Part shown: in pieces, positions 39,641 to 52,317 of the stretch | Layout: every line of letters begins with the position of its first letter | Position numbering within the stretch: the first letter of the stretch is position 1 | NCBI GenBank assembly: GCA_951406725.2 | Contig: OX597838.1 | Location: 25,668,001 to 25,732,000, forward strand | Origin: Octopus vulgaris | Lineage: Eukaryota | Length of the DNA: 64,000 bases | Reading direction: 5' to 3' | Notes under the pieces: generated by a model | Database searches by the model: none | The model's input: the letters and a program-made list of their open reading frames with translations, nothing else | What the model was told of the DNA's origin: nothing | Translations under genes and position numbers: made by a program

Positions 39641-40033
39641 GGCGCAGGAGTGGCTGTGTGGTAAGTAGCTTGCTAACCAATCATATGGTTCCGGGTTCAG
39701 TCCCACTACGTGGCATCTTGGGCAAGTGTCTTCTGCTATAGCCCCAGGCCGACCAATGCCTTGTGGGTGGATTTGGTAGACGGAAACTGAAAGAAGCCTG
39801 TCGTATATATGTATATGTATGTGTGTGCGTGTTTGTGTGTCTGTGTTTGTCCCCCTAGCATTGCCTGACAACCGATGCTGGTGTGTTTACGTCCCCGTCA
39901 CTTAGCGGTTCGGCAAAAGAGCCCGATAATATAAGTACAGGGCTTACAAAGAATAAGTCCCGGGGTCGATTTGCTCGACTAAAGGCGGTGCTCCAGCATG
40001 GCCGCAGTCAAATGACTGAAACAAGTAAAGAGT
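39641..40033 (+). mobile_element. SINE family A copy
   Basis: Same head, body and tail as 22842-23283. Confidence 0.85.
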
Positions 40034-40201
40034 ATATATATATGCGTGTATGTTGAATGCTCGAAATGAGGAGTAGACGGACAGCCGACAACTGATGAAA
40101 GGTCCTTTCTCTCTGTTTACTTGTCCTGTTTTCCATTCTTTTCTCGTTCTTTACGTATTTAACTCGTTTGTTTACGTGTGATGTACTGTACACATAGATG
40201 C

Positions 40202-40252
<51 letters not shown>

Positions 40253-40843
40253 ATATTTTATTAATTATCATATGTGTGTGTGTATATCGTTTGTAGAAAA
40301 AGATAAATCCGGAGAAGTACACTCTAAGATGCAGAGTAGTTAATATTATCATGGGGGAGGCCGGTTTATGGGGTTATCCTGGGCTTCCAGTCCATACGCC
40401 GTAAGGCCAAACCCTTTATGGACGGGAAACCCAGGGTGACCCCATAAACTGGCCTCCTCCATTGTAATAAATAAATAAATATATATATATATGTAGACAC
40501 ACGCACATACACAATGTATGCCAAACATCGATGAGAAAACTATAAAACAGGTACTTTTTGGAAATGCAGTGGTACCAGTGATTCACCTGTTGGGAACTGG
40601 TAACTAACGACGCTATAGTTCACCTACTGCATTCGAAAATAAATTAAAAATCTGTCCATCTTTACACATATATAGGATCTTTTAGGAAAAATTTGACAAA
40701 TCAGGCTTCGAAAGTGAAAGGATCCCATATATATATATATTGACAGCCATGTGTGTATGTGCATACATACAATTAACATGAAGAAACTTTGTTCGAAATT
40801 GGATCTTTTCTTCATTAGAAAGTAGGAAAAATATAACCGAGTG

Positions 40844-40884
<41 letters not shown>

Positions 40885-41304
40885 GCACACACACACAGAG
40901 CTATCCTAACATACACGCAAAACTACACCTGAACACATACACACACATGTTCCAAGTCCAACAAGCAATCCTGACATTCACGCAAACGTATACTTATAAA
41001 CATATGCATATATACATACATATGTATGTATGAATATGTATGTATGAATATGTATGTATGTATGTATGTATGTATGCACGCACGCACACACACGTAGTCC
41101 ATCCCATATATACATGTATAATTATTTGCATGTCCATTATTCAATTTTATTTCAAAATTTCTTGCCAATAGAGAAAGAGCCGGTTTCTAACCTAGATCCA
41201 AGGCCCATTCATTGGAAATTCAACATCAACAGGGAATGTATGTATGTATGTATGTATGTATGTATGTATGTATGTATGTATGTATGTATGTATGTATGTA
41301 TGTA

Positions 41305-41339
<35 letters not shown>

Positions 41340-42215
41340 ATGTATGTATGTATGTATGATGTGTGTGTGTGTGTGTGTGTGTGTATGTCATAGTTCAGTT
41401 TTATGTCAAGATTTCTTGCCATTAGAGAAAAAGCCGGTTTCTAACCTAGATTCAAGGCTCATTCATTGGAATTTCGACATCAACAACAGGGTATTTTTAT
41501 GTGCGTGTGTGTGTGTGTATGTATGTATGTATGTATGTATGTATGTATGTATGTATGTATGTATGTATGTATGTGTGCAGATTTGTATGTTTTGCTTTGT
41601 GTGTTCTCCTGTGCAGATTTGTGTGTATGTATGTATGTACGTTTGTATGTATAACATTTCAGTAATTGATTCTAAAATTGTGTCTCTTGAAACAAAGATA
41701 TGCACAAAATTTCATGCGCGTATGACACGCATAAGCAAGTATAGTACTAAATTTGACATACACAACTAAATGACTGAAAGTTTAACCACACACACACACA
41801 CACACACAAATTCATTGAAACATTGGCTAATTACAGGAATTGTCTCTTCACTTCGTTCGCGGTCGCTTGATTTCTGCGAATTAACAACTTATATAAAATC
41901 TCAAAGAAAAAACATCCACCCACACACACACATACGCATGCATTGTACATGCTTCCATACATATATACATCACACACACACTCACACGCGTGTGTTTATG
42001 TATACACACACACACACGTGTGCATTGCTAAATTAACATATACGCCAACCACATGACTGCGAGTTTATTTACATATGCACATTCACACATGTATATATAC
42101 AAACACATTCACCCACATATATACATTCATACCCGTAATTACTCATCCATGCTATAATAAACACACACAGAGGCACACCCGTACACACATACATCCATTC
42201 ACTTAAATCATCCAT

Positions 42216-42249
<34 letters not shown>

Positions 42250-42339
42250 GCTATGCCCTTAATTAGAATCATGTACATATGTATATTATTATTAATTTAA
42301 TTATATATATATATATATGTACACACACACTCACACATA

Positions 42340-42370
<31 letters not shown>

Positions 42371-42452
42371 CACACATAATATATATATATATATATATAT
42401 ACGCTATGCCCTTAATTAGAATCACATACATATGTATATTATTATTAATTTA

Positions 42453-42491
<39 letters not shown>

Positions 42492-42924
42492 CACACATAA
42501 TATATAGATATATATACACACACACACTCACACATAATATATAGATATATATACACACACACACACACGCACTCACACATAATATATAGATATATAAATT
42601 TATACACGCGCGCACATACCTGAATGAAGATTGTGTCAGAGATGCCGGCAAGCAGTTGTGAAAAGAAAGAAGGAAGAAAAACAGACAACTCGCTCCTTTC
42701 AAGACAATCGAAGCAACTCACAGCAGCAGCAGCAGCTTCTGCAGCAGCAGTAGTAAAGGATGCTGTTGTTGTTGTTGTTGTTGTTGTTATTGTTTAATCT
42801 TCGGCCAAAAGCCGATCCAACAGATTGACCATTCAAAATTCTCTTATTTCTTCTTTTAGGCATGTAGTGTTTAATGCCTCCGTCTCAATTGTCTCACCCA
42901 CGTGTTTGAGATACCTAAAGGCGT

Positions 42925-42958
<34 letters not shown>

Positions 42959-43710
42959 AAATAGTGGTTGTGGTGGTGGTGGTGGTGATTGTGGTAGTAG
43001 CAGACGTAGTATTGCTGGTGCAGGTGGTGGTGGTGGTGGTGGTAGTAGTACAATAGTAGTAGTAGTAGAAATAGTGGGTTGTGGTGGTGGTGATTGTGGT
43101 AGTTGCAGACGTAGTATTGCTGGTGGAGGTGGTGGTGGTGGTAGTAGTACAATAGTAGTAGTAGTAGAAATAGTGGTTGTGGTGGTGGTTGTGGTGATTG
43201 TGGTAGTAGCAGACGTAGTATTGCTGGTGGAGGTGGTGGTGGTGGTAGTAGTACAATAGTAGTAGTAGTAGAAATAGTGGTGGTGGTGGTGGTGATTGTG
43301 GTAGTAGCAGACGTAGTATTGCTGGTGGAGGTGGTGGTGGTGGTAGTAGTACAATAGTAGTAGTAGTAGAAATAGTGGTGGTGGTGGTGGTGGTGGTGAT
43401 TGTGGTAGTAGCAGACGTAGTATTGCTAGTGGAGGTGGTGGTGGTGGTGGTAGTAGTACAACCGCCAACACCACCAGCCGTGTTAGCGGCAGCAATATCA
43501 GTATTGGTGGTGGTGACGTTGGTGGTAGTGGCGGTAGTAGTAGAATTAGTAGTACCATCATCAACAGCAGTAACAACTGTGGTAGTAGTGGTGGTGGTGG
43601 TGGTGGTAGTAGTAGAATTAGTAGTACCATCATCAACAGCAGTAACAACTGTGGTAGTAGTGGTGGTGGTAATGGTGGTGGTGGTAGTAGTAGCTGTAGT
43701 GGTGTGATGA
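42925..43710. repeat. Compound (GGT/AGT)n minisatellite, about 5 units of ~100 bp
   Basis: Marker CAGACGTAGTATTGCT recurs near 43001, 43106, 43210, 43307 and 43412. Confidence 0.9.
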
Positions 43711-43868
43711 TAGTATGTAGTTGGGGGGTGGTGCGATGAGAAGGGGAAGACTACAGAGATAACAAAGTGAGTCCTAATTGAGTTGTACTTTTCTTTTTTT
43801 TTTTCTTTGGGGCAACCACCTCCACCATCATCACCAGCCAATGAGTTGGGGGCAGGGATGTTTTAGAG

Positions 43869-44603
43869 CAGAGGTTCTCAAACTTTTTGGGCCACCCCCA
43901 CATCATGGCCACATAATACCCTCAGCACCTCCACCCCTGTTATTATGTATAAGTAAATATTTGATATTATACATATGTAAATATATATATGTACATATAC
44001 ACATATATATATATATACTATGAATCATTTGATATTTAACATGATATATTATTTGTTGGCTGTGTGGTAAGTAGCTTGTTTACCAACCACATGGTTCCGG
44101 GTTCAGTCCCACTGCATGGCACCTTGGGCAAGTGACCTCTACTATAGCCTCAGGCCGACCAAAGCCTTGTAAGTGGATTTGGTAGACGGAAACTGAAAGA
44201 AGCCCGTTGTATATATGTATATATATATATGTGCGTGTATGTTTGTGTGTGTGTGTTTGTCCCCCTAGCATTGCTTGACAACCGATGCTGGTGTGTTTAT
44301 GTCCCCGTCACTTAGCGGTTTGGCAAAAGAGGCCGATAGAATAAGTACTGGGCTTACAAAGAATAAGCCCCGGGGTCGAGTTGCTCAATTAAAGGCAGTG
44401 TTCCAGCATGGCCGCAGTCAAAATGACTGAAACAAGTAAAAGAGTAAAAGAGAAAAAAAATAATATAATAATATAAATTCATAGCGTCCCTCCCCATCCA
44501 CTGTCTTCCTCTCAATGCCTCCTTTTTCTTTACACCCCCCCACCTCCCCTTTAGGCACCAGCGCCCACCTGGACCATCTTAGTGCCCACTTTGAGAACCT
44601 ATG
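43869..44603. mobile_element. hAT-like MITE with a nested SINE (44057-44452)
   Basis: TIRs CAGAGGTTCTCAAA / TTTGAGAACCTATG; weak TSD. Confidence 0.55.
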
Positions 44604-44816
44604 TACTACAGAGTAATCCGACCTGCTAGAAATAGCAACTATCAAATCTTCAAACTGCACCCCAACACTGTTATTGATGTAAGAACCAATACACACACAC
44701 ACACATTTATCCGAAAAAGAAACACACTCTAAAACATTAGAACAGTAATGTAATTTTTAAGGAAGTTAAAAGTTGTGGTCAGTCGTGGGATGACCATTGG
44801 TTTTGCTGCAGCCATT

Positions 44817-44878
44817 TTAGTCTGATGAGTTGCCTAAACTGCTAAGCGCTTTATAGGTGCGAAACCAATGGTCGCTTT
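44817..44878 (+). ncRNA. Type I hammerhead ribozyme motif
   Basis: TAGT-CTGATGA-GTTGCCTA...TAGGTGC-GAAAC-CAATG-GTC-GCTT: intact core, ACCAATGGT stem III, GUC triplet, short stem I. Confidence 0.75.
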
Positions 44879-45188
44879 GTGACTGGCCGTAACTTTTCCC
44901 TTCCTAAAATTATATATATACATTCTTTTATTCTTTCACTTGTTTCAGTCATTTGACTGTGGCTGTACTGGAGCACTGCCTTAAAGGGGTTTTTTAGTTG
45001 AATAAATCGACCCCAGGACTTATCCATTGTAGCCCTAGTACTTATTCTGTTGGTCTCTTGGTGGGGACGTAAATACACCAACATCAGTTGTCAAGCAATG
45101 TTGGGGGGACAAATGTATACACACACACATACATATACATACATATATATATATACATACACACATATATATATATATACACACACAC

Positions 45189-45235
<47 letters not shown>

Positions 45236-46504
45236 TATGTATGATGGGCTTCTTTCAGTTTCCATCTACCAAATCCACTCACAAGGCTTTGGTCAGCCTG
45301 AGGCTATAGTAGAAGACACTTGCCCAAGGTGCCATGCAGAGGGACTGAATCCGGAACCATTTGCTTGGCAAGCAGGCTACTAACCACACAGCCACTCCTA
45401 CACCTACATGTTAGTAATTTTCTTGTATTATTATTTCTTTTTCTTTTTTTTTTTTTTTGATAGCTTCTTTTCACAACTTTTGAAACATTTTGGTTCCCCC
45501 TTTATATGGAAATAACTTGAAAAAAAATTTTTCTCTAGACCATTGCTAGATCACTGTGGCCCAATACCTTAGACATTCTGGTATTGTTCCTCAGTGGTAG
45601 GTTGAAACACCATTTCTGGTGATTCAGCATTGTTCTGAGACAAGCTCTGCACTTTTAACACTCAAGTTCCTTTGAGACAAAACATTTTTGCTAGTGCTGT
45701 CCCATACCTGTATACAAGGAAGTGAGAGAGTTTTCAATTCAATATGAAGATTATGAAAGAGAGAGAGAAGATGGGAGAGGAGGAGAGAGCGGCATGGAGG
45801 GAGAAAGGAAAAAGAGAAGAAAGGGTGAGTGAACGAGAGAGAAGGTGACATGTTTTGAGTTTTAACAGTTTAGTTGGAATTGTTTTACTAGATTAAATAG
45901 AAACTAGAGAATGTAAATTGACAATGGCTCATTCCAAACATAAAATGAGACAAATATATTTGCCAAGCTCCACGGGAAGAACTATTAAAATCGTTTAAAC
46001 TACTACTACTACTACTACTACTAATAATAATAATAATAATAATCCTTTCTACTATAGATACAAGGCCTGGAATTTTTAGGGAGAGGGATAGTCGATTACA
46101 TCGACCACCCCCACAGTGTGTAACTGGTACGTATTTCATTGACCCCAAAAGGATGAAAGACAAAGTCGACTTTGGTGGAACTTGAACCCAGGATGTAAAG
46201 ACAGATGAAATGCTGCTGAGCATTTTGCCCAGTATGCTAACAATTCTGCTAGTTCACTGCCTTAAATAATGATAATAATAATAATAATAATAATAATCCT
46301 TTCTACTATAGGCACAAGGCCTGAAACCTGGGGGAGGGGGATAGTTGATTATATCGACCCTATTGTTTCACTGGTATTTAATTTATCAACCCTGGAAAGA
46401 TGAAAGGCAAAGTCGACCATGGCAGAATTTGAACTGCCACTATGCATTTTGCCTAGTGTGCTAACAATTCTGCTAGCTCACCACCTTAGATGATGATAAT
46501 AATA

Positions 46505-47280
46505 ATGGTGAGGGTTGGCAATGAGTTTAGTGAAGAATTCAGGGTACAAGTAGAGGTTCATCAAGGATCAGTCGCCACCCCATTCTTGTTCATCATAGTC
46601 CTCCAGGTGATAACAGTGGAATTCAAGACAGGCTGCCCCTGGGAGCTCCTCTATGCTGACGACCTTGCTCATTTAGCTGAATCACTACCAGAACTTGAGA
46701 AGTTTCAGGTGTGGAAGCAAGGTATAGAATCAAAGGGCCTTAGAGTTAACCTAGCAAATACCAAAGTAGGAAGGAGGACAAATTACAAATCCCTTCAAGT
46801 AGAAGGCCCTGCTTGATGTGTAGAAAAGGTGTATGTAGAAACTCAATAAGATCTAACCGGTGTAAGCTATGGACATAAGAGATGCAGCAATATCAGAGGA
46901 AGGTTAACAGGGAAGATAGTTTTTGTGCATAGGTACAATAAACACCAAAAATTTACAGAAAATAGATTCCATCACATACCAGGGGCGAAAACTAGAAGTA
47001 GTCAATAGCTTCTATTATCTAGGTGACCAAGTTAGAAGCAGGGTGGATTGCTCTGAGAGCATAGCTGCTAGAATAAGAATAGGCTGGGCAAAGTTCAGAG
47101 AGCTCCTATCTCTGCTGGTAACAAAGGGCTTCTTGCTCAGAGTGAAAGGCAGGCTGTATGGTGCCTGTGTGCGAACAGCCATGCTACAAGGCAGTGAAAC
47201 ATGGGCTGTGACAGCTGAGGACATGCATATGCTTGTTAGAAATGAAGCCAGTATGCTTCGCCGATTGCGTAATGTCAGGT
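46505..47280 (+). mobile_element. RTE-clade LINE reverse-transcriptase fragment
   Basis: VHQGSVATPFLFIIV, CPWELLYADDL, FYYLGD, RIRIGWAKFREL, MLQGSETW motifs; frameshifted. Confidence 0.9.
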
Positions 47281-47587
47281 GGTACTGGCAACAACTGTGC
47301 TCAAATGAATGATAATGATGATAATAATTATAATAATAATCAGAGCATTAGGTTTGCTTACAAAATCATCATCATCATCGTTTAACATCGGTTTTCCGTG
47401 CTAGCACGGGTTATGAAAAGAAAAACCAATAGCAATTGGAGCATGTGGTATGATTAAGAAAAAATATGGATAAAAGAAAATATGGATAAAGGATAATAAT
47501 TAGAGCATTAGATATGATTTAAAACAATATAAAAAGAAACATGAAAGCCATTTTCAGGCTCACATCACTAAACATTGTCCTCAAAAT

Positions 47588-48780
47588 ACTGTATTTGCCA
47601 GCACATTGGACGCACCCTCACATAAGATACGCCCCTATTTTACAAGGATATTTTGCAGAAAAAAACAATTTTAGTAGGTTTCATTATAAATCTATTGAAA
47701 GATATTTTAAAGTGGTTTTGTAGGGAAAATTGTATGATTCTGTTCACGAAATACAATATTGTGACAGTATACTGGAATAAAGTATGAGGCCTTATGTAGC
47801 TTTTCACTCACCTTTAACCCTTTAGTGTTCAGATTATTCTAACAAACATAATGCTTATTGATTCCCATTGATTTGAATTAATCATGCATTATCTCATATC
47901 TTCAAGATCTTGATGGTGTAATTACTTAATATAGAATAATATTGTAGGGTAGGTGTGAGAGCCTGGATCTGGTCAGTTTGAACATAAAACAGATTAACTA
48001 TTTTGGCCGGATATGGCCGGTTTAAATACTAAAGGGTTAAAGGAAACCAAGTTAAGTTTGCCTTATTAAAAAAGAAATATACATTGGTATCAATGAATTC
48101 TGATACAAACCCATCAACAAAGTACCATAAATGTGATGAATTCCTATAGATACTTAGTTCTCACTGTTGCCATCCTTATTACCGGTACTCTCTTCATCAC
48201 TGGAATTCTCTGCAATAGGATCTGAGTCATCAGTATCTTCTTCAAACAAGAAATCATCCTCAGTACCGTCAAGAGCATAACTAATGCCACATTTTAAAAA
48301 TGATTTCACGGCTACCTCTTCGTTTACAGCATTCCATGAATTTTTACCCACCCACACCCCTGTGCAACAGTAGGTCTCTTCCATCTTCCTGTTGGTGTCA
48401 CTTCAAAATCTGAAGACTGCATCCACTTGCTCCACTCCTCCTGTGTGAATCTTTTAAATGGTTTATTGATTGAAAATATCTAAAGGCTGCAACTAGCTGG
48501 TTAGACCTCCTGGAATTACAGCTAATTGGGTCTTCAGTTCTCCAAGTTTCCTCTTCACAAGCTCAGTTCTATGAGCCCGAAACTAATAAGGCAGGTTTCT
48601 TCAATAGCCCAGTAGGATGCTTGGACTACACTTTATCAAACCACAATTTCATTCCTTCTGCATCCAGCCAACCTTTTGGGTGGACATGAACATAAATGCC
48701 TTGTGTATCCTTCCTTGAGGCAGTGTCTTTCTTTTAAAATTAAAAATGGTGGTAGTTTTGTGAAATCAGCGCACTGACAA
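47588..48780 (-). mobile_element. Degenerate pogo/Tigger-family transposon (DDE_1), interrupted by a MITE
   Basis: Minus-strand pieces KGWLDAEGMKLWF, LAVIPGGLTS*LQPLD, NKPFK, KSFLKCGISYALDGTEDD; pogo-like TIR TACTGTATTTGCC at 47588. Confidence 0.8.
47814..48040. mobile_element. piggyBac-type MITE (TTAA-CCCTTT...AAAGGG-TTAA)
   Basis: TTAA TSD and CCCTTTAG TIRs; related copies at 55572-55799, 60190-60413, 22652-22830 and 31101-31310. Confidence 0.78.
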
Positions 48781-49069
48781 TTCTGTCAGCTCACCACATT
48801 AATAATAATGATGATAATAATAATAATGGTTTCAGATTTTGGCACAAGGGCAGCCATTTTGGGGGAGGGGATAATTCTATTACATCAACCCCAGTGTTTC
48901 ACTGGCACTTAATTTATCAACCCTGAAAGGATGAAAGGCAAAGTTGACCTCACTGGAATTTGAACTGAGAATGTAGCAACAGGCGAAATATTGCTAACCT
49001 TTTTGCCCAGCATGCTAACGATTCTGCCAGCTTGCCACCTTAATAATAACAATTATATTAATGATAATA

Positions 49070-49486
49070 AGACAAAGTGTTAGAGCACCAAAGGCCGGAT
49101 ATAGTAACCTTTAGGAGGGACAATCAAGAGTGCCAGGAGATCAATATATCATCATGAAAGAAAGAAAAAGTTGATAAATATGGAGACCCAAGATTTGAGT
49201 CACTAAGATGTGGCAGCTACAAGAGTCAGATATAAAGGTTATCCCAATTGTTGTTGGAGCATTGGGTTCAGTATCACCCAATCTACAAAAACATCTGAAA
49301 ACCTTAGAGATACTTTACAATCTAGATGTATTGCAAATGTTGGCATTACTTGGAACTGCACGCATATTGCATAAAGTACTGTCTGTCTGAGGTCCTTGTT
49401 GTGACTTGACGAACAGTACAAACCCCCTGTAGACACAACATCTTCAATCAACAACCTCACGATATTGTATACTTTGCAACATCTAT
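49070..49486 (+). mobile_element. R4/Dong-clade non-LTR retrotransposon 3' end (restriction-like endonuclease region)
   Basis: HQRPDIV; ORF 49208..49390 IKVIPIVVGALGSV...LQMLALLGTARILHKVL; (TAA)n on both sides. Confidence 0.75.
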
Positions 49487-50974
49487 AATAATAATAATGA
49501 TAATAATAATCCACTTACTGACAGTTTATCTAATCTAAAGTATTTCACTGGTGAAAAATAAAAGGTCATGTTAAATGAAAGTACATGTGTGTTGATATTA
49601 GATAATTATTCAATTGAAGATAGTGTACAAAATAACAAAGATTTGGGTGCTGGGTCATACGGATGGTATGGGGGAAACAAAAATGTAAATGAATTAGCAA
49701 AAACTAAAAAAAAAACCAGAAAGAAAAACATTTGAGTGTAAAAAGATATAACTGATATAGTAAAATAGAGCATTGTCTTGAGGCTTATGAAGGACCCTTG
49801 GAGCTGGTTACACAGTTTCCTTGGCATATAAATGACCGAGAACACAACCTTCTCCTTGAAAAGGATGCCAGACCATCACAAGATTACTCATTTACAGAAG
49901 AGTGGACTGGGGCAATAGGAAATGGAGTGTTTTGCTGAAGAACACAGCGTGGGAATCGAAACCATGACATTGCAATTTTATGTGCAACACCCAAGCCACT
50001 AAGCCACGCACCTTCACACAACTGATGTAGATAATATTCCTAATTTATCTGAAGCAAAATCATTTATGGAAAGAAGAGTAGTAAAAACAATATTCATTAA
50101 AATCAACAGATGAACTATCAAACTTTAATCCTCAATCAGATTTATCATAAGAAAACTTATCAGTTATTGAATGATACAAATAAGTAATGACTTTCTTGGC
50201 CCCCATACTGGTTGATATTCCTCTATAAATTATAAACTATAACAAACAGATCTGATTGTGTTGACCTTTATGTTCATGTAGCAGGCCTGGATGTGTGGTT
50301 AAGGAGCTGATTTTGCAACCATATAGTTTTGGGTTCAGACCCACTCTTTAGCACCTTGAGCAAGTGTTTTTTACTATCGTCTTGGGTCAATTCATGCCTG
50401 TGAGTGAACTTGGTAGAGGGAAGCTGTGTGGAATCCAATTGTGTGTGTGTGTGTGTATTTGTGTTTGTCCCCCATTGCTGCTTGACAACCAATGTCGATT
50501 TGTTTATGTCCATATAACTTTGTAATTTGGCAAAAGAAACTGATAGAGTAAATACCAGACTTGAAAAAAAAAAAAAAGAAAAGAACAAGTATTGGAATTG
50601 ACTTGTTCAACTAGACCCTTCAAAGCAATGCTCCTTCATGGCCACATTCCAATAACTAAAAAAAATATAAAGAGGTAAAGAACCCCTTCGGTCATGAATA
50701 ACCTTGGGATTGCACCTAAGGATTTTCCCCTCCAAGGCACAAGTCCAGCCAAGGTTATTTATGGAAGACCAGCAGTAACCCATGCATACCAGCCTCCTCT
50801 TCACTCCACCAATGTTATCCAAGGGAAAGGCAAAGGCCAATACAGCTTGGCACTAGTGACGCCGCAACTCATTTCTACAGCTGAGTGAACTGGAACAACG
50901 TGAAATAAAGTGTCTTGCTCAAGAACACAACACACAGCCTGGTCCGGGAATGAAACTCATTACCTCTACTCTAT

Positions 50975-51230
50975 GTTTGCTGTCAATAAATACTATAGGG
51001 CCCAATATATTGATTTGTCTGGGGTCTTCATAGGTGTAGGGGCCCAATTCTGATCTTTGTATTCTGTGCCTTCCTGTAATAAATAAACATTATAGCACCC
51101 AATGTACTGATTTGCCTGGGAGCCTTATGGGTATAGGGGGCCCAATTCCAATCTATATATGCTGTAGCTGGCTGTCAATAAATAAAAACTATAGGGCCCA
51201 GTGCAGTGATTTACTCCTGGGGCCTATAAT
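50975..51230 (+). repeat. Degenerate ~95-bp tandem repeat, about 3 units
   Basis: Recurring TGTCAATAAATA...TATAGGGCCCA..TGATTT...GGGG blocks. Confidence 0.6.
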
Positions 51231-52317
51231 GTTGCTGCATGTCATTATTTTAGTTTGTTTTGATTAATATGGACAATTAAATTAAATTTAATTTAATAAA
51301 ATAAACAGATTTTATTATTACTTTCCTTCTTGTTTTTCTTTTCCACAGTGGAATGAGGCCAAGCTGGGGCACTGCCTTAAGGGGTTTTAGTCAAACAGAG
51401 CTAACAAGGTGCCACTCAGTGGGACTGAACCTGAAACCATGTGGTTGCAAAACAAGCTTCTTAACCACACATCCACGCCTACCCTTAACCTTATGTCTGT
51501 GCACATATCCAGGTCTGTGAGCGGGTGTCTGTGCATTTGTCTGTCTGTCTGTCTGTCTGTTTGAGTGTTATAACTAGATTTCGTTTTCGTTTACAATTGT
51601 ATAGTGTGAGAAATTTGATACTAAATATTTGGGTTGAAATAGTTGGGTGGGAAATGGGTATGTGTACCATTGTAGTCAAATGTGAAAAAAAAAAAACATA
51701 ATAAGAGGGCAAAATATATTCTTGAATTTTAGATACAAAAAAATGTGATGGTGGAGGGTAGTGGTGGCAGTGATGGTGGTGATGGTAGTTGAGATGGTGG
51801 TGGTGGTGGTGGTGGTGGTATTTGGGATGGTTTTGATGGCAACGGTTGTAGTCACTGTATATATATTTGGGAATGCATTGTACTACAGTAAATGAGTAAA
51901 TACTGCTATGTTTCCAACCAGCAGCTGTTTTTTTCTTTTTAATTGCAGTTTGTTGTTGGTCGACAATTTCATTTTTAATGAGTTTCTCAAACTTATCTCA
52001 TGTGTGTAAATTTATGTACAAATATCTCTGTGTGACTGCATGACCATGTTTTATTCATATATCTTGTATACTATACATATGTAAATTCATTATTTGAGCT
52101 TTCAGTAATGGTATTTTCCAAAGCCTTTTTAAGTTTAACATTATTTATTCTGTACATATGTTGGCACAAGTTAGAAGAGGTTGTATTTGACACCTTTACA
52201 TTATGTCTGTCAAATAATGAAATTTACATTCAATCCTCTCATGACTGTCAACCAACAACAGTTAACCACAGAAAATGGTAGCCCTGAAGCATCCAGAACA
52301 AATGATATATCAAACAA

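Noticed and set aside
42833-43841. Long Thr-, Pro- or Val-rich ORFs (271 and 308 aa), mucin-like
   Set aside because: Open in several frames on both strands because trinucleotide repeats lack stops; no signal peptide or splice context
45570-45706. Selenocysteine read-through of the TGA in YGTALAKMFCLKGT*VLKV...
   Set aside because: No recognisable selenoprotein motif, and no SECIS element seen downstream
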